A stretch of 64,000 nucleotides of DNA. Source: a virus. Its lineage: Duplodnaviria; Heunggongvirae; Uroviricota; Caudoviricetes. This document shows, one piece after another, positions 47,476-57,289 of this stretch; position 1 is the first letter of the stretch; each line of letters begins with the position of its first letter. Below the pieces are notes generated by a model. The model had not been told where the DNA came from, did not search any database, and saw nothing but the letters and a program-made list of their open reading frames with translations. A program made the translations under genes and the position numbers. The stretch lies in IMG/VR virus record IMGVR_UViG_3300028833_002727; one strand, written 5' to 3'.

Positions 47476-48346
47476 TTGGAGCGAAATAGAAGTTATACAC
47501 TACACGCTCGGTAACGCGTCCATCCTCGTCACGCTTCCACATACGAACAGGAATTTCATATCTGGAATTCTCAAGGTAGTTCTGCAAATCTTCATCACTC
47601 TCAATCTCGAAGCCGTTAATCTTTTCACGTTCGATTAAGTGATGGATATGTTCTTTTGTGAACTCAAGACACTTCTCTACGTTGTCACAAACAACGACAG
47701 GGAAAATACCGTTTGTGGTAATATCGTAGTCCGGGGTGCAGATACCTAACTTCTGAAGCAAGTTTTTTTTCTTCATTTTAGTTTCGCTCTTGATTACCTG
47801 CACGATGTACGGCGTTACCGTCTGTACACCATCTTTATCTACGGTGTATTCAACATGTGATGCCATTTTGAGAATGGTATGCTCATGTCCGAATGCCCAA
47901 TCGTAATTTTTAACATCGCACAAGCGAATCCAGCGAATATCGGAAGTTTCACCCTCTTCGTTCGCAGCGTTAGACAACGGATACTCGTCTATTGTACCTG
48001 CGAGTTTTACCCAGAAACGGAGGTTGATATTCTTGTCACCATCCTCACTGAAACTTACTGAGTCAAAGGTAAACTGCTCAGGTTTCAGTTTTACGCCAGT
48101 TTCCTCGTAGGTTTCGCGCGCTACACCCTCGTTACCGTTCTTGTCAGCAAAGTCGATGTAACCACACGGTACGTTCCACTTACCAACGTTTGTCGGAGCG
48201 CCAGGCCCGCGTTGATTTGCGAGTACACAAAGGTAACCCTCTTTGTCTGCACAGAATACGTAACCTACAGTTGTGCAGGAACGACTTCTCCAATAAGTTT
48301 GTCCATCTTCCACGAACGGGAAGTTATACATTTTTCTTTCACCCAT
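47459..48346 (-). CDS. Nudix hydrolase (ADP-ribose pyrophosphatase-like) with C-terminal extension
   Basis: GKWNVPCGYID...ARETYEETGV; WAFGH. Confidence 0.88.
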   Translation of the reverse strand: MGERKMYNFPFVEDGQTYWRSRSCTTVGYVFCADKEGYLCVLANQRGPGAPTNVGKWNVPCGYIDFADKNGNEGVARETYEETGVKLKPEQFTFDSVSFSEDGDKNINLRFWVKLAGTIDEYPLSNAANEEGETSDIRWIRLCDVKNYDWAFGHEHTILKMASHVEYTVDKDGVQTVTPYIVQVIKSETKMKKKNLLQKLGICTPDYDITTNGIFPVVVCDNVEKCLEFTKEHIHHLIEREKINGFEIESDEDLQNYLENSRYEIPVRMWKRDEDGRVTERVVYNFYFAPIDKYE

Positions 48347-48361
48347 ATTGTTTTATCTTTG

Positions 48362-48568
48362 TTATTTTTGGAACACGTTTTTTCGCATCATATCTAACCA
48401 GTTCTCATCCCATCCTAACACATCAGGGTAGAGGAACATTGCTTCACTTGCGTATTTGTTTTCTGCCATGTATTCAGCGATGCGTTGATTGTAGATGTCC
48501 CAAGTCTCTTGGAATGTTTTGGTTCGAATATTTCTGTTGTATTCGTTAATTATTTCAAGTGCGTCCAT
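48362..48568 (-). CDS. hypothetical protein
   Basis: Co-oriented ORF. Confidence 0.55.
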   Translation of the reverse strand: MDALEIINEYNRNIRTKTFQETWDIYNQRIAEYMAENKYASEAMFLYPDVLGWDENWLDMMRKNVFQK

Positions 48569-48716
48569 TTTTATTCAATTTAACTAAACGAAGCAAGCCA
48601 TTGGAACTCATCCTTTACTTACATATTATGCGTCTGAAAAAGTTTATTACATATAAAGGAGAAACTTATACCAACCTTGCCAATTATTTCATATCCAATG
48701 GCTTACCGTTTAGTCG

Positions 48717-49973
48717 TTAATGTTTTTTGAAAATGTTTGCCACTCTTGCGAAGAAGCCAACATGTTCAGTTTCAGCAACTGGTTCAGACTCGGTGGTGCT
48801 CTTTACATCGAGCTTCAAGCCAAGTTCGATGCTAGCAGCCTGGATTTCCTTGCTGTCCCCCATTACCTTACCCTCGTCGTCAGAAATCTTGATGCAGTGT
48901 ACCCAATCCTGCTTTGCGTTCATACGACACTTCATCAGTTTCATAACGATGTTCATAGGAGTAGCGCCTACGTCGTTGGTGAGGTTTGTACCGATACCTG
49001 CGCAGCACTTGCCAATTTTCCCCCGGCAAGCGTCATTGATTTCCTTGAATTTCGGGAAGTCAAGCGCATTGGAGAAGATGATAGTCTTCAGCATCGGGTC
49101 TACACCCAGTTCACGATAGCGTTCTACCGCCTTGTTCAGGAACTCAATCTCGTCCCCAGAGTCTTGACGGATTCCGTCAAACAGTTTTGCCTGTTTCAGT
49201 GAGAAGTTACGGAAGAATGCGTTGCTGGTGTAGGTGTCCGTGAGGGCAGTACCGAGCGCACCGTCAAATACCTTAACCCAAGACTCGTAAGCCTCGTAGT
49301 TGGCATGACGATAGCCGAAGTTTGCACCATGGAACATAATCCACTCGTGAGCAACAGTGCCGATTGGCTTCATGTCGTACTTCATTGCAAGGTGTACGTT
49401 GGACGTTCCTACGCAATACTTAGAGTTCGCTTTGAGATAGCCAACCACTTTGTCTTGAACATCGTAACTGAAACGACGGCGAGTTCCGAATTCTGAATAC
49501 AACAGATGCTCATCGTTGGAAAGTTTTACTTTCGGTTCGAGTCTACCGAAGATGTCCTCATCGGTAATAGTGTGATTACTGTTGTTAAGTTCTGAAACGG
49601 TTGCGAGAATAGGTACCTCATAGAGGGTAACCTTGTAGAGTTTGTCACATACGGTGATGTGAAGATGTGCTTGCTCGTCGAGCCATACCTTGATTTTCTC
49701 AGGCTCGTAGCGGAAGCCTTTAAGCCACTCCCAGTAACAAGCAGGAATGTACGGCATAGCCTTGATAGCCCATGCAAGTTCCTCGTCTGTGAGTGCCAGT
49801 TGCGACATTTTATTGAATTCCTCTTTAAGTTGTTCTACAAAGATGTCGTCAAACTTCATAGAATGATTTCGGTTGTTGAACTCGAATTCTCCCTCTGCAT
49901 CTGGGAACAGTTTCATATAACCGTAACCCATAGAGAATTTATACAAGTCGTTGTCGAGAATACTTTTAATCAT
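48717..49973 (-). CDS. pncB: nicotinate phosphoribosyltransferase
   Basis: LDNDLYKFSM, EFGTRRRFS, GTSNV, GTVAHEW, GIRQDSGD, GIGTNLTND, NIVMKL, KISDD.GK. Confidence 0.95.
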   Translation of the reverse strand: MIKSILDNDLYKFSMGYGYMKLFPDAEGEFEFNNRNHSMKFDDIFVEQLKEEFNKMSQLALTDEELAWAIKAMPYIPACYWEWLKGFRYEPEKIKVWLDEQAHLHITVCDKLYKVTLYEVPILATVSELNNSNHTITDEDIFGRLEPKVKLSNDEHLLYSEFGTRRRFSYDVQDKVVGYLKANSKYCVGTSNVHLAMKYDMKPIGTVAHEWIMFHGANFGYRHANYEAYESWVKVFDGALGTALTDTYTSNAFFRNFSLKQAKLFDGIRQDSGDEIEFLNKAVERYRELGVDPMLKTIIFSNALDFPKFKEINDACRGKIGKCCAGIGTNLTNDVGATPMNIVMKLMKCRMNAKQDWVHCIKISDDEGKVMGDSKEIQAASIELGLKLDVKSTTESEPVAETEHVGFFARVANIFKKH

Positions 49974-49999
49974 ATCTTTTTCTTTTTAATTGGTTAGAC

Positions 50000-50263
50000 T
50001 TAACGCGATTCAACAAAATACACTGTGGTTTCCATTATACCCCACGACGAACTTTCCTGAAACGTTTTCGTTACAGGAACATAGTCATCAGTCATAGGAC
50101 GAGTGAGATAAAACAAATCGTCCTGTTTCCATGTTGCTTCCATCAACTCTTGTCCAGCAGGAAGATTGACAGTCATTGTACCGCCATATTCGCGGGTTAA
50201 TTGTTGTTCAGTACATCCGCAGAAGCAGATGAATAATACTGCAAGTAAAAAAAGTTTTTTCAT
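50000..50263 (-). CDS. conserved phage lipoprotein
   Basis: FCGC lipobox; GGTMTVNLPAGQEL..ATWK. Confidence 0.7.
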   Translation of the reverse strand: MKKLFLLAVLFICFCGCTEQQLTREYGGTMTVNLPAGQELMEATWKQDDLFYLTRPMTDDYVPVTKTFQESSSWGIMETTVYFVESR

Positions 50264-50280
50264 TTTATTCCTTATTTATT

Positions 50281-50526
50281 TTATTGTTTATCTGTTGTAG
50301 TGTTACCCAGCGGGCAAAAATCACCTGGTATATCAATTCCAGTACGTTTCGAAGTTGTCCGTGCACATTCAGTCCAATGTAAATCTTCGTGAACGATTTT
50401 TTTGAGTTTAGTGCAGTAAACCGCATAATCATCTTCCTCGAAGTCTGGATTCCAATACGGCCCGTTTACTTGACTAAAAGGGCATAAACTGCAATATAAT
50501 GGACGTATGCTAATTTCTGCTGACAT
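50281..50526 (-). CDS. Cys-rich small protein
   Basis: CSLCPF...YC...FCPL. Confidence 0.6.
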   Translation of the reverse strand: MSAEISIRPLYCSLCPFSQVNGPYWNPDFEEDDYAVYCTKLKKIVHEDLHWTECARTTSKRTGIDIPGDFCPLGNTTTDKQ

Positions 50527-50530
50527 TTTT

Positions 50531-50806
50531 TTATATCCTATTTAGTTTGATACGAATTGTTTTGTATTTCTTTCTGATCTTTTCTCTTTCGTCAGAAGTT
50601 AATTCTTTTTTTGAGTTTCCTATGTGCCATTTCCCACACACTGGACATTGATAAGATACCATTTTGTGAACTTGTTTGTCTTGGATGTTCATTTCGTAAC
50701 ATCGTAGGACTGCATCGTCTTCAGTGTTGTATTTTATCTTTGGCTGTCCATTTAGTAAAAAATGCGACTTTGGAACTCTGACAAGTTTGTCATCTACCAC
50801 AAGCAT
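50531..50806 (-). CDS. Zn-finger protein
   Basis: YQCPVCGKWHIG. Confidence 0.65.
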   Translation of the reverse strand: MLVVDDKLVRVPKSHFLLNGQPKIKYNTEDDAVLRCYEMNIQDKQVHKMVSYQCPVCGKWHIGNSKKELTSDEREKIRKKYKTIRIKLNRI

Positions 50807-50851
50807 ATTTGTTTCGTTTTTCAAATCTGCTGCAAAGGTAATACAAATTTT

Positions 50852-51838
50852 TCAATTAACCAAATAATTTTCAACAAAATCGTAAAATTCTTGCTTTATT
50901 TTTTCTGTTTCGGCATTATAAATCTCTTGATAAACGTCATATTGCTCATCATCGAAATTTTTCCACAGCACTCCAGTTTTCTCTTCCGCAAGACGTTTAC
51001 ACTCATTAAATAAACTTCTATCATGTCCTTTGAGCCAGTGTTCAATATTTCGTCCATGGAAGTAACCATTATATGCGTCATCTTCCTCATGCCCATAACA
51101 GAAAAATTCAAGACTATCGTTTTTCTCTTGCTGTATTTTCAACCACTGATCTGGAACATTCCAAGCCGTTTCACAATCGCCATACACCACAATTTTGTCA
51201 TGCTCCAACTCCTTAACACGCCAATCTTTTGGATAAGCATTCCATTTTGTTCCTCTATATTTTATTCCCCAGTCATACCATCCAACAACACCGTACTTCT
51301 CTCTTTGTTCTTTCACAGCACGACGGTACAACTCAACATACATCTCTCTTGCTTTTAAAAGGGAGAAATAAAGTTGTTTTCGATCAGAGTCTTGTGAAAG
51401 TTCCTCAACGTACTTTGCGGAATATTTACCAATCCATGTGCCTTTATCGCGAAGAAGCTTGGTAAATTTCTTTATCGTTTGTTTGTTTGCTTTTTTATAT
51501 GGACATTCCATATTTTCTATTTTGCAAACATATTGTACATAATCCAACACCACTTCGTTTGGAATAAACATACCGTCTTCAAAATCAATACGGTGTACAA
51601 ACCAACCATGTGTATTGTCAGAAAGCGGATTTGTGGTATCAAACAAATGGAAAGTTTTGGGCATTGGATTGAATGAATCCAGTGAAATGTTTTCGTTTGC
51701 TTTTAGTTTTTTCTCAATTTCTGGTGCTTTGGCGTTGGCTGAAATCTTCAAATCTTTTTTGAATGACTTGTTGAGCCATTTAATAACTTGTTGTCTGTTG
51801 CCACCAATAGCAATTGTGTTGTAACTGTAGTTAGGCAT
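50852..51838 (-). CDS. DUF1281/Api92-like protein
   Basis: MPNYSYN...PMP...GWYDW...GTKWNA...ETAW. Confidence 0.75.
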   Translation of the reverse strand: MPNYSYNTIAIGGNRQQVIKWLNKSFKKDLKISANAKAPEIEKKLKANENISLDSFNPMPKTFHLFDTTNPLSDNTHGWFVHRIDFEDGMFIPNEVVLDYVQYVCKIENMECPYKKANKQTIKKFTKLLRDKGTWIGKYSAKYVEELSQDSDRKQLYFSLLKAREMYVELYRRAVKEQREKYGVVGWYDWGIKYRGTKWNAYPKDWRVKELEHDKIVVYGDCETAWNVPDQWLKIQQEKNDSLEFFCYGHEEDDAYNGYFHGRNIEHWLKGHDRSLFNECKRLAEEKTGVLWKNFDDEQYDVYQEIYNAETEKIKQEFYDFVENYLVN

Positions 51839-51931
51839 TGTTAAATTGTTTTTGTGATTAAACTTATGGTTTTTCGCTGCAAAGATACTACAAAAATTTC
51901 AAATAACCAAATTTTGCAATAAAAAAACCGC

Positions 51932-52216
51932 TCATTTCTGGGCGGTTATCTTTTTTGCTTTTTTCTCTGCTATCATTTTTTTAGCAAGTTCTTTGTTCTG
52001 TTCTTTTTTCTTTGCAACTTCTTCAGGGTGCTCATCATTCCATTTGTCTTGTTCTTCAATGAATGAAACATATCCTATTTTCCAATTGAAATAGTGTGGG
52101 CACATTAAAAACCAGTGATTATCTTTTCCTTCTGCGATACATTTACCTTTCATTTTACATTTTCCATTACACATTTCCTCTTGGAATTGTGGTATATCTT
52201 TTTCGTCGTATTTCAT
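51932..52216 (-). CDS. hypothetical Cys-containing protein
   Basis: Start overlaps upstream stop. Confidence 0.6.
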   Translation of the reverse strand: MKYDEKDIPQFQEEMCNGKCKMKGKCIAEGKDNHWFLMCPHYFNWKIGYVSFIEEQDKWNDEHPEEVAKKKEQNKELAKKMIAEKKAKKITAQK

Positions 52217-54327
52217 AGTAAATCTTCTTCTTTTAAACCTAAATTATTTAAAAACCACTGTTTAATCCACCACATGTAGTCATATTCCTGGAAATATTTA
52301 AGTAAAAGATATTCTTTAAGTTCCATATCATTACCAGTTAAAATCTCTTTAATTCTGTCATAGTCAAAATATTTTATTTTTTCTATTTTGAAGTTAAATT
52401 CAGATATTGGAATATTTTCTTCAGTAATAACAGAATCTGAGTTAACAAATCTAAATCTACCAGTTTCGGTAAACTCACTCACAGGCACTTCGATAGAAAT
52501 TTTACATTCGTTTCCCCAAGCGTCTGGGTGAACGGTAAAGAATAACATATTGCCATGTCCTTCAGAATGATGCTGGTGTATGTCTAATTCTCCGGTAGCA
52601 AGAATATCCCCAAGGCTCATCATTCTTGTGTTATGATAGAGTTTAATGAAACCATTTTGTTGATTTTTCTCTATCTCCTCTAACTCCCACTCTTGGTTGT
52701 AGTGTTCTGTTAGATACCCGCTATTTGATATTTGTGTTAATGTTCTTGCACCACCTTCGATGAATATACTAGACATATCTCCACGTTGGTGTGTTACATC
52801 TAAAGCCTTGTTAATCAATACTAAACATTGTTCTGGGCTTGTATAATTGTCATCGTATTCGGTTAATACTTCGTATAGTGGACGTAAGCCAAAATCACTC
52901 CAAGCGTCACTACCATCAGGCATTTGCATCCAATCATATAAACCAACCATGTCTAATAACCTGAATATGTCCATTTTAACAAGTATTTTGCCATCTTTAT
53001 CAAGTTCGGCTTTATCACCATTTAACCCAAATGATACTTTGCATTCTTGTTCACCGCTATTATGGTAATTGTATATATCAATAATACCTTGCAAATCTTT
53101 GTCGCGGGTTTTAATCATGTATTCGTTATCGTAGTAGTCCAATTCTGGTTGAGATAGGAACATCGCTGTTTGTCCTTTATTTGGACCCATTTGATGAACT
53201 GCTTCTTCAGATAGATTATTCTTCTGCATGAACTCGTCTATGTATTCTTTTTCATTTGGGCTTAATACATATCTACCGTTCAATAAATCATTGATTAGGT
53301 ATTGTGGTGTAACATGTAATGTACATTCATAATCCCAATCCATGACTTCCATGTTTAGTTTATTTTTGATATATTCATTGATGTAACTATTGTCCAACGC
53401 GTCGTAACTCATCCATTGTGAGTGTCCTGCTAATTCAGTATTACAATCAAGTTTAATAGTGTTACGCATGATAATACCAATCCACTGATATACATATTTC
53501 TCTGGGAAACCGTCTAGATTACCTTGTTTGGTAAATACTTGTAACGCGCGTTGATATATTGATGGGTTAATTAGAGGTGCCCAGGTTTGTGTTTCTCTTC
53601 CCTGGTTCATATCTTCAACGAAATCGTTTAGAATAGACTCACAACTAATCTCTTCAGAATAATCTTCAAGTGTTGCTTCATTTAGAAGTCCGTTTTCATT
53701 AAGTTTCTCTTTTTTAATCTCAGCATATTCAAAGAAAGGCTTTCTTTGTTGATAACCATCATAGAGCCATTTTTGGAATACCGTATGAGGAACTTCAGTG
53801 ATTTTCCAGAAGCCATTCCAACCTTCGTTGTAATTAGCCATGTATGCCTCTTTTGCCTCTTGCTCATTTCTGAAACCTAACATGATTTTAGTTTCATCGA
53901 ACTTACCGTCAATCTTCTGGTCGATAGCGAAGATAGAATATGTATCGAAATTATCTCCAAGGAATACATCAACAGCATCACCATCATAACCAAGTGTATG
54001 AGTGAAATAGCCGTAATCATTCTTCATTCTAACTTGCCACTTGTTACCTTTTCTGTCTTTACCACTACGGATAGTGCCACGTGGGTTTTCTATTGCAATG
54101 TCGTAACCAAGGATACGCACTCTACCCATTTTGTAGTTGCCCGCACTCTTTTGTCCTTCTGTTGGATTTTTATCGGTTTCCTCACGTGCTTGTTGTATCT
54201 TTTGTTGAAGTTCTGAAACTTGATTTTCTGTGAAGAAAATACGTTTTTGCTTATTTTCGTTTGATACAAGTTGCTCTTTTATTGCTTCTATTTGTTTTTC
54301 TGTTAAGAATATTTGTTTTTTTGCCAT
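52213..54327 (-). CDS. multidomain protein: leader x2, polyvalent-protein InPase domain, C-terminal ART-like domain
   Basis: PTEGQKSAGNYKMG...IENPRG.IRSG...YGYF..T.G.DGDAVDVFLG...FDE.KIMLGF; KLYHNT...ILATG...LFFT. Confidence 0.75.
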   Translation of the reverse strand: MAKKQIFLTEKQIEAIKEQLVSNENKQKRIFFTENQVSELQQKIQQAREETDKNPTEGQKSAGNYKMGRVRILGYDIAIENPRGTIRSGKDRKGNKWQVRMKNDYGYFTHTLGYDGDAVDVFLGDNFDTYSIFAIDQKIDGKFDETKIMLGFRNEQEAKEAYMANYNEGWNGFWKITEVPHTVFQKWLYDGYQQRKPFFEYAEIKKEKLNENGLLNEATLEDYSEEISCESILNDFVEDMNQGRETQTWAPLINPSIYQRALQVFTKQGNLDGFPEKYVYQWIGIIMRNTIKLDCNTELAGHSQWMSYDALDNSYINEYIKNKLNMEVMDWDYECTLHVTPQYLINDLLNGRYVLSPNEKEYIDEFMQKNNLSEEAVHQMGPNKGQTAMFLSQPELDYYDNEYMIKTRDKDLQGIIDIYNYHNSGEQECKVSFGLNGDKAELDKDGKILVKMDIFRLLDMVGLYDWMQMPDGSDAWSDFGLRPLYEVLTEYDDNYTSPEQCLVLINKALDVTHQRGDMSSIFIEGGARTLTQISNSGYLTEHYNQEWELEEIEKNQQNGFIKLYHNTRMMSLGDILATGELDIHQHHSEGHGNMLFFTVHPDAWGNECKISIEVPVSEFTETGRFRFVNSDSVITEENIPISEFNFKIEKIKYFDYDRIKEILTGNDMELKEYLLLKYFQEYDYMWWIKQWFLNNLGLKEEDLL

Positions 54328-54383
54328 AATTAAGGTATTTATCTATGAATAAATATAGATAATTATTTGAAAGTGTCAACAAT

Positions 54384-55520
54384 ATGAAAGTTATTTTAAC
54401 TGAAAAACAATATAAAGAATATTTGCGTTTCCTACAGGATGAGCACAACCATAATCTCATCATGGAGGAATTCAAGGCTGAACTATCTCAAAAAGATATG
54501 CCAGCAGAATTCCAACAAATGAACGATTATATGTATGGTGATATACCACAGGGTAGATTGGATGCAATTCAAGATCGTTATACTAAAAACGGTTTTACAT
54601 ATAACAATAGTGCTAAACATCCTGAATTAGGACAACACAACGCAGAAGTTAAACCTAATGTTAGCGGTAGTGTATTCCCATTTGGTAATATCAAATTATC
54701 ACATGAAGTACTAATCGTTAACATGACTAGTGCATTACATTGCCCATCTGCAAAATTCTGTCCTATCGGAAAGAATGCGTGCTACGCTTTTAATGATGAG
54801 AGACGTAGAGAGTCATACTGGCAACGTAATGCAAGAAATGAAATCATGTTTGATATGGCAAGGGAAAATCCTGCTAAATGGAAATATATATTCTGGTTTA
54901 TTAGAAATTACATTGACAAAGCGCGTAACGCTGGCGTGATTGTTAGATATGTACGTCTAAACGAGGCTGGCGACTTTAAAACGGCAGATGACGTTCGCCG
55001 TTTTGATGAATTTGCTGCTGAATTGAAGAGAGATTACGGTATTGAGACACACGCATACACAGCAAATAAAGACTTGATTGATGCGATTTCACAAGTAAAA
55101 AACATCAATATAAATGCTTCAATTCCAGATATTCAGGGTGAAAAGGTTTTACGTCACTTCTATGGCGTAGAAGAGGAAATCCTTGCTCAATTACCAGATA
55201 CTCCGCTTAGGGATATTGCAACGCCTGAGTTACAGGAAGGCGGCAAATGGGGATTATATTACAAATGCCCATGTGATATTGCTGCTGGTGCAAGATGCTT
55301 TAATTGTCAAGTATGCTGGTTAGCAAAACCAGGTATCGCACCTAACGGTGAACAAGTACCACAATTTAATGTATTATGTAAAATACACGGTGCAGGTAAA
55401 AAACACTACAATCAAGCAAACGCTGATAAAAAAAGAGGTATGTCACCAGCACAACAAAAACTAAATATTAAGAAAATGGTTAAACAAGCGCGTCGCGCAG
55501 AAAATGAAGTAAATCAATAG
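54384..55520 (+). CDS. Gp88-like Cys-rich protein with leader
   Basis: MKVILTEKQY; GNIKL..CPS..CP..CYA; VRLNEAGDF; AYT; CPC..CFNCQVCW. Confidence 0.65.
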   Translation: MKVILTEKQYKEYLRFLQDEHNHNLIMEEFKAELSQKDMPAEFQQMNDYMYGDIPQGRLDAIQDRYTKNGFTYNNSAKHPELGQHNAEVKPNVSGSVFPFGNIKLSHEVLIVNMTSALHCPSAKFCPIGKNACYAFNDERRRESYWQRNARNEIMFDMARENPAKWKYIFWFIRNYIDKARNAGVIVRYVRLNEAGDFKTADDVRRFDEFAAELKRDYGIETHAYTANKDLIDAISQVKNININASIPDIQGEKVLRHFYGVEEEILAQLPDTPLRDIATPELQEGGKWGLYYKCPCDIAAGARCFNCQVCWLAKPGIAPNGEQVPQFNVLCKIHGAGKKHYNQANADKKRGMSPAQQKLNIKKMVKQARRAENEVNQ

Positions 55521-55531
55521 GAGATGAAAAT

Positions 55532-56053
55532 ATGAAAATAAAAAAAGATGTTTTAACGAGAATGATACGAGAAAGTATCACTAAGTGTTTGAATGAAACA
55601 ACGTTCAGTGATTTGGATGATATGGATAATTATAGCTGGCAATATTCAAGGGGTGAACGATTTGATATTTATGTTGATGGACATTTAGAATATCACGATA
55701 TTCCAGAAGAATCTGTTGATAGAATATGTGATATGCTTGAACGCGCTCCATATGAACAAAATATTGAAGTAAAAAGGATTGGTGAGTTATCTGAAGAACG
55801 TGATATTGATGCTGACACGTATTATGGCGGTGGTTTGCCAGAACCAGCACAACACGCTATGACTTATACACCAGAAAAAGAGGTTGCTGAAATATGCGAA
55901 CAAATGCGTCCATACGTAGACAAACTAGCGGACGTATTCAATAGTTATAGTCCAACAGTTCAAGGTGTTGATGATAAAGTATTTACATTACTTAACGGGT
56001 TCGATGAACTACCAAAGTTAGCAAAATTCTTTTCAACTACTGAAATAGACTAA
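55532..56053 (+). CDS. acidic leader-bearing protein
   Basis: MKIKKDVLTRMIRESITKCLNE. Confidence 0.7.
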   Translation: MKIKKDVLTRMIRESITKCLNETTFSDLDDMDNYSWQYSRGERFDIYVDGHLEYHDIPEESVDRICDMLERAPYEQNIEVKRIGELSEERDIDADTYYGGGLPEPAQHAMTYTPEKEVAEICEQMRPYVDKLADVFNSYSPTVQGVDDKVFTLLNGFDELPKLAKFFSTTEID

Positions 56054-56103
56054 TAAAAAAGGCTTAGACAATCTCTAAACTTTTTTCTTCGTTTACACTT
56101 ACA

Positions 56104-57289
56104 TTGACGTACTCCCACCACTGAATGCCGTGGGATTCTTCGACTATCATAGTAACTGCGATGTAGCATATGCTACGTTCGTCTTACTGTTACTCCTGTC
56201 GTGGGAAACGCCCTTCCCACATGCTATATTCAATATATTCACTGCCGCGTTAACATCACGGTTATGAGTAGCGCCGCATTGCGGGCATACCCATTCACGT
56301 ACACCTAGGTTTTTAACCCCACTATTCTTATATCCACAACAATGACAAACCTGACTACTCGCGGCAAACCTGTCGATTTTAACTACCGTCGTATCGTACT
56401 TGCTAGCAATATAATCTAGTTTGTTAACGAACTCACTATATCCCAAATCGCTAACTTTACGCCCCCACAACTTCTGCATTGCTTTCAGATTTAAATCCTC
56501 AACCGCAATTAATGAGTAATGTTTGCATAACTCATGGGCTAGTTTCCAATGGAAATCCGCACGCTGATCTGCAATATGTTCATGGAGTTTGGCGAGTTGC
56601 TTTACTGCTTTTTTCCTACTGTTACTACCTTTAACCTTATGCGCAACATTGCGGTTTAGTTTACGTAGTTGTTTTAACGCGTGTTTATGAGTTTCTGGGC
56701 TGTCAATAGTCACACCATCACTTGTTGTAATCAGATGTTTTAATCCAAAATCCATACCGATGCTTGCATTACCAAGTCTTTCGTAGGTTTTGGGTTTAAC
56801 ATCTGTAGTAACTACGAGCCACAAATACCCAATATTATCGCGTTTAATATGTATATTCCTAACCACACCGTACTCACGCGTGAGTTTAAACCTATAGGTA
56901 TATCCGAGTTTATTCACGGTTAATTTGTTACCGTCAAGCCTATAACCAACACCACCTTTAAAAATAAACGAACCGGATTTGTTTGTTTTGTGGAAGTTAG
57001 GACGTCCACGTCCTTTCTTTTTAAAAAATTCCTTATAGGTAGCATCCACGCGTTGGCATATTTCTTGCAGGGATTGTGAACCCATCATCCTCAAGTATGG
57101 GTTATGTTTTGCGAGTTTCGCAATATGATGTTGCATTTTTGTGCATGATGGGTTTATACCGAAAAGTTTATAGTATCTACGATACAGAGCGACTACGTGG
57201 TTCCACACATAGATGGAGGTTGTCACCAGTTGTGACAACTCCTTTGTGTGTTTTGACGCGTATAATCTGTATTTGTAGTTAAGAATCAT
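56104..57289 (-). mobile_element. IS200/IS605-family element, tnpB-only (IS1341-like)
   Basis: Right-end hairpin AGAATCCCACGGCATTCAGTGGTGGGAGTACG-TCAA; no tnpA seen; left end not identified. Confidence 0.75.
56147..57289 (-). CDS. tnpB: RNA-guided endonuclease TnpB
   Basis: YKYRLY; RuvC GMDFG / AVEDL / RDVNAA; CHCCG..CPQCG. Confidence 0.93.
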   Translation of the reverse strand: MILNYKYRLYASKHTKELSQLVTTSIYVWNHVVALYRRYYKLFGINPSCTKMQHHIAKLAKHNPYLRMMGSQSLQEICQRVDATYKEFFKKKGRGRPNFHKTNKSGSFIFKGGVGYRLDGNKLTVNKLGYTYRFKLTREYGVVRNIHIKRDNIGYLWLVVTTDVKPKTYERLGNASIGMDFGLKHLITTSDGVTIDSPETHKHALKQLRKLNRNVAHKVKGSNSRKKAVKQLAKLHEHIADQRADFHWKLAHELCKHYSLIAVEDLNLKAMQKLWGRKVSDLGYSEFVNKLDYIASKYDTTVVKIDRFAASSQVCHCCGYKNSGVKNLGVREWVCPQCGATHNRDVNAAVNILNIACGKGVSHDRSNSKTNVAYATSQLL

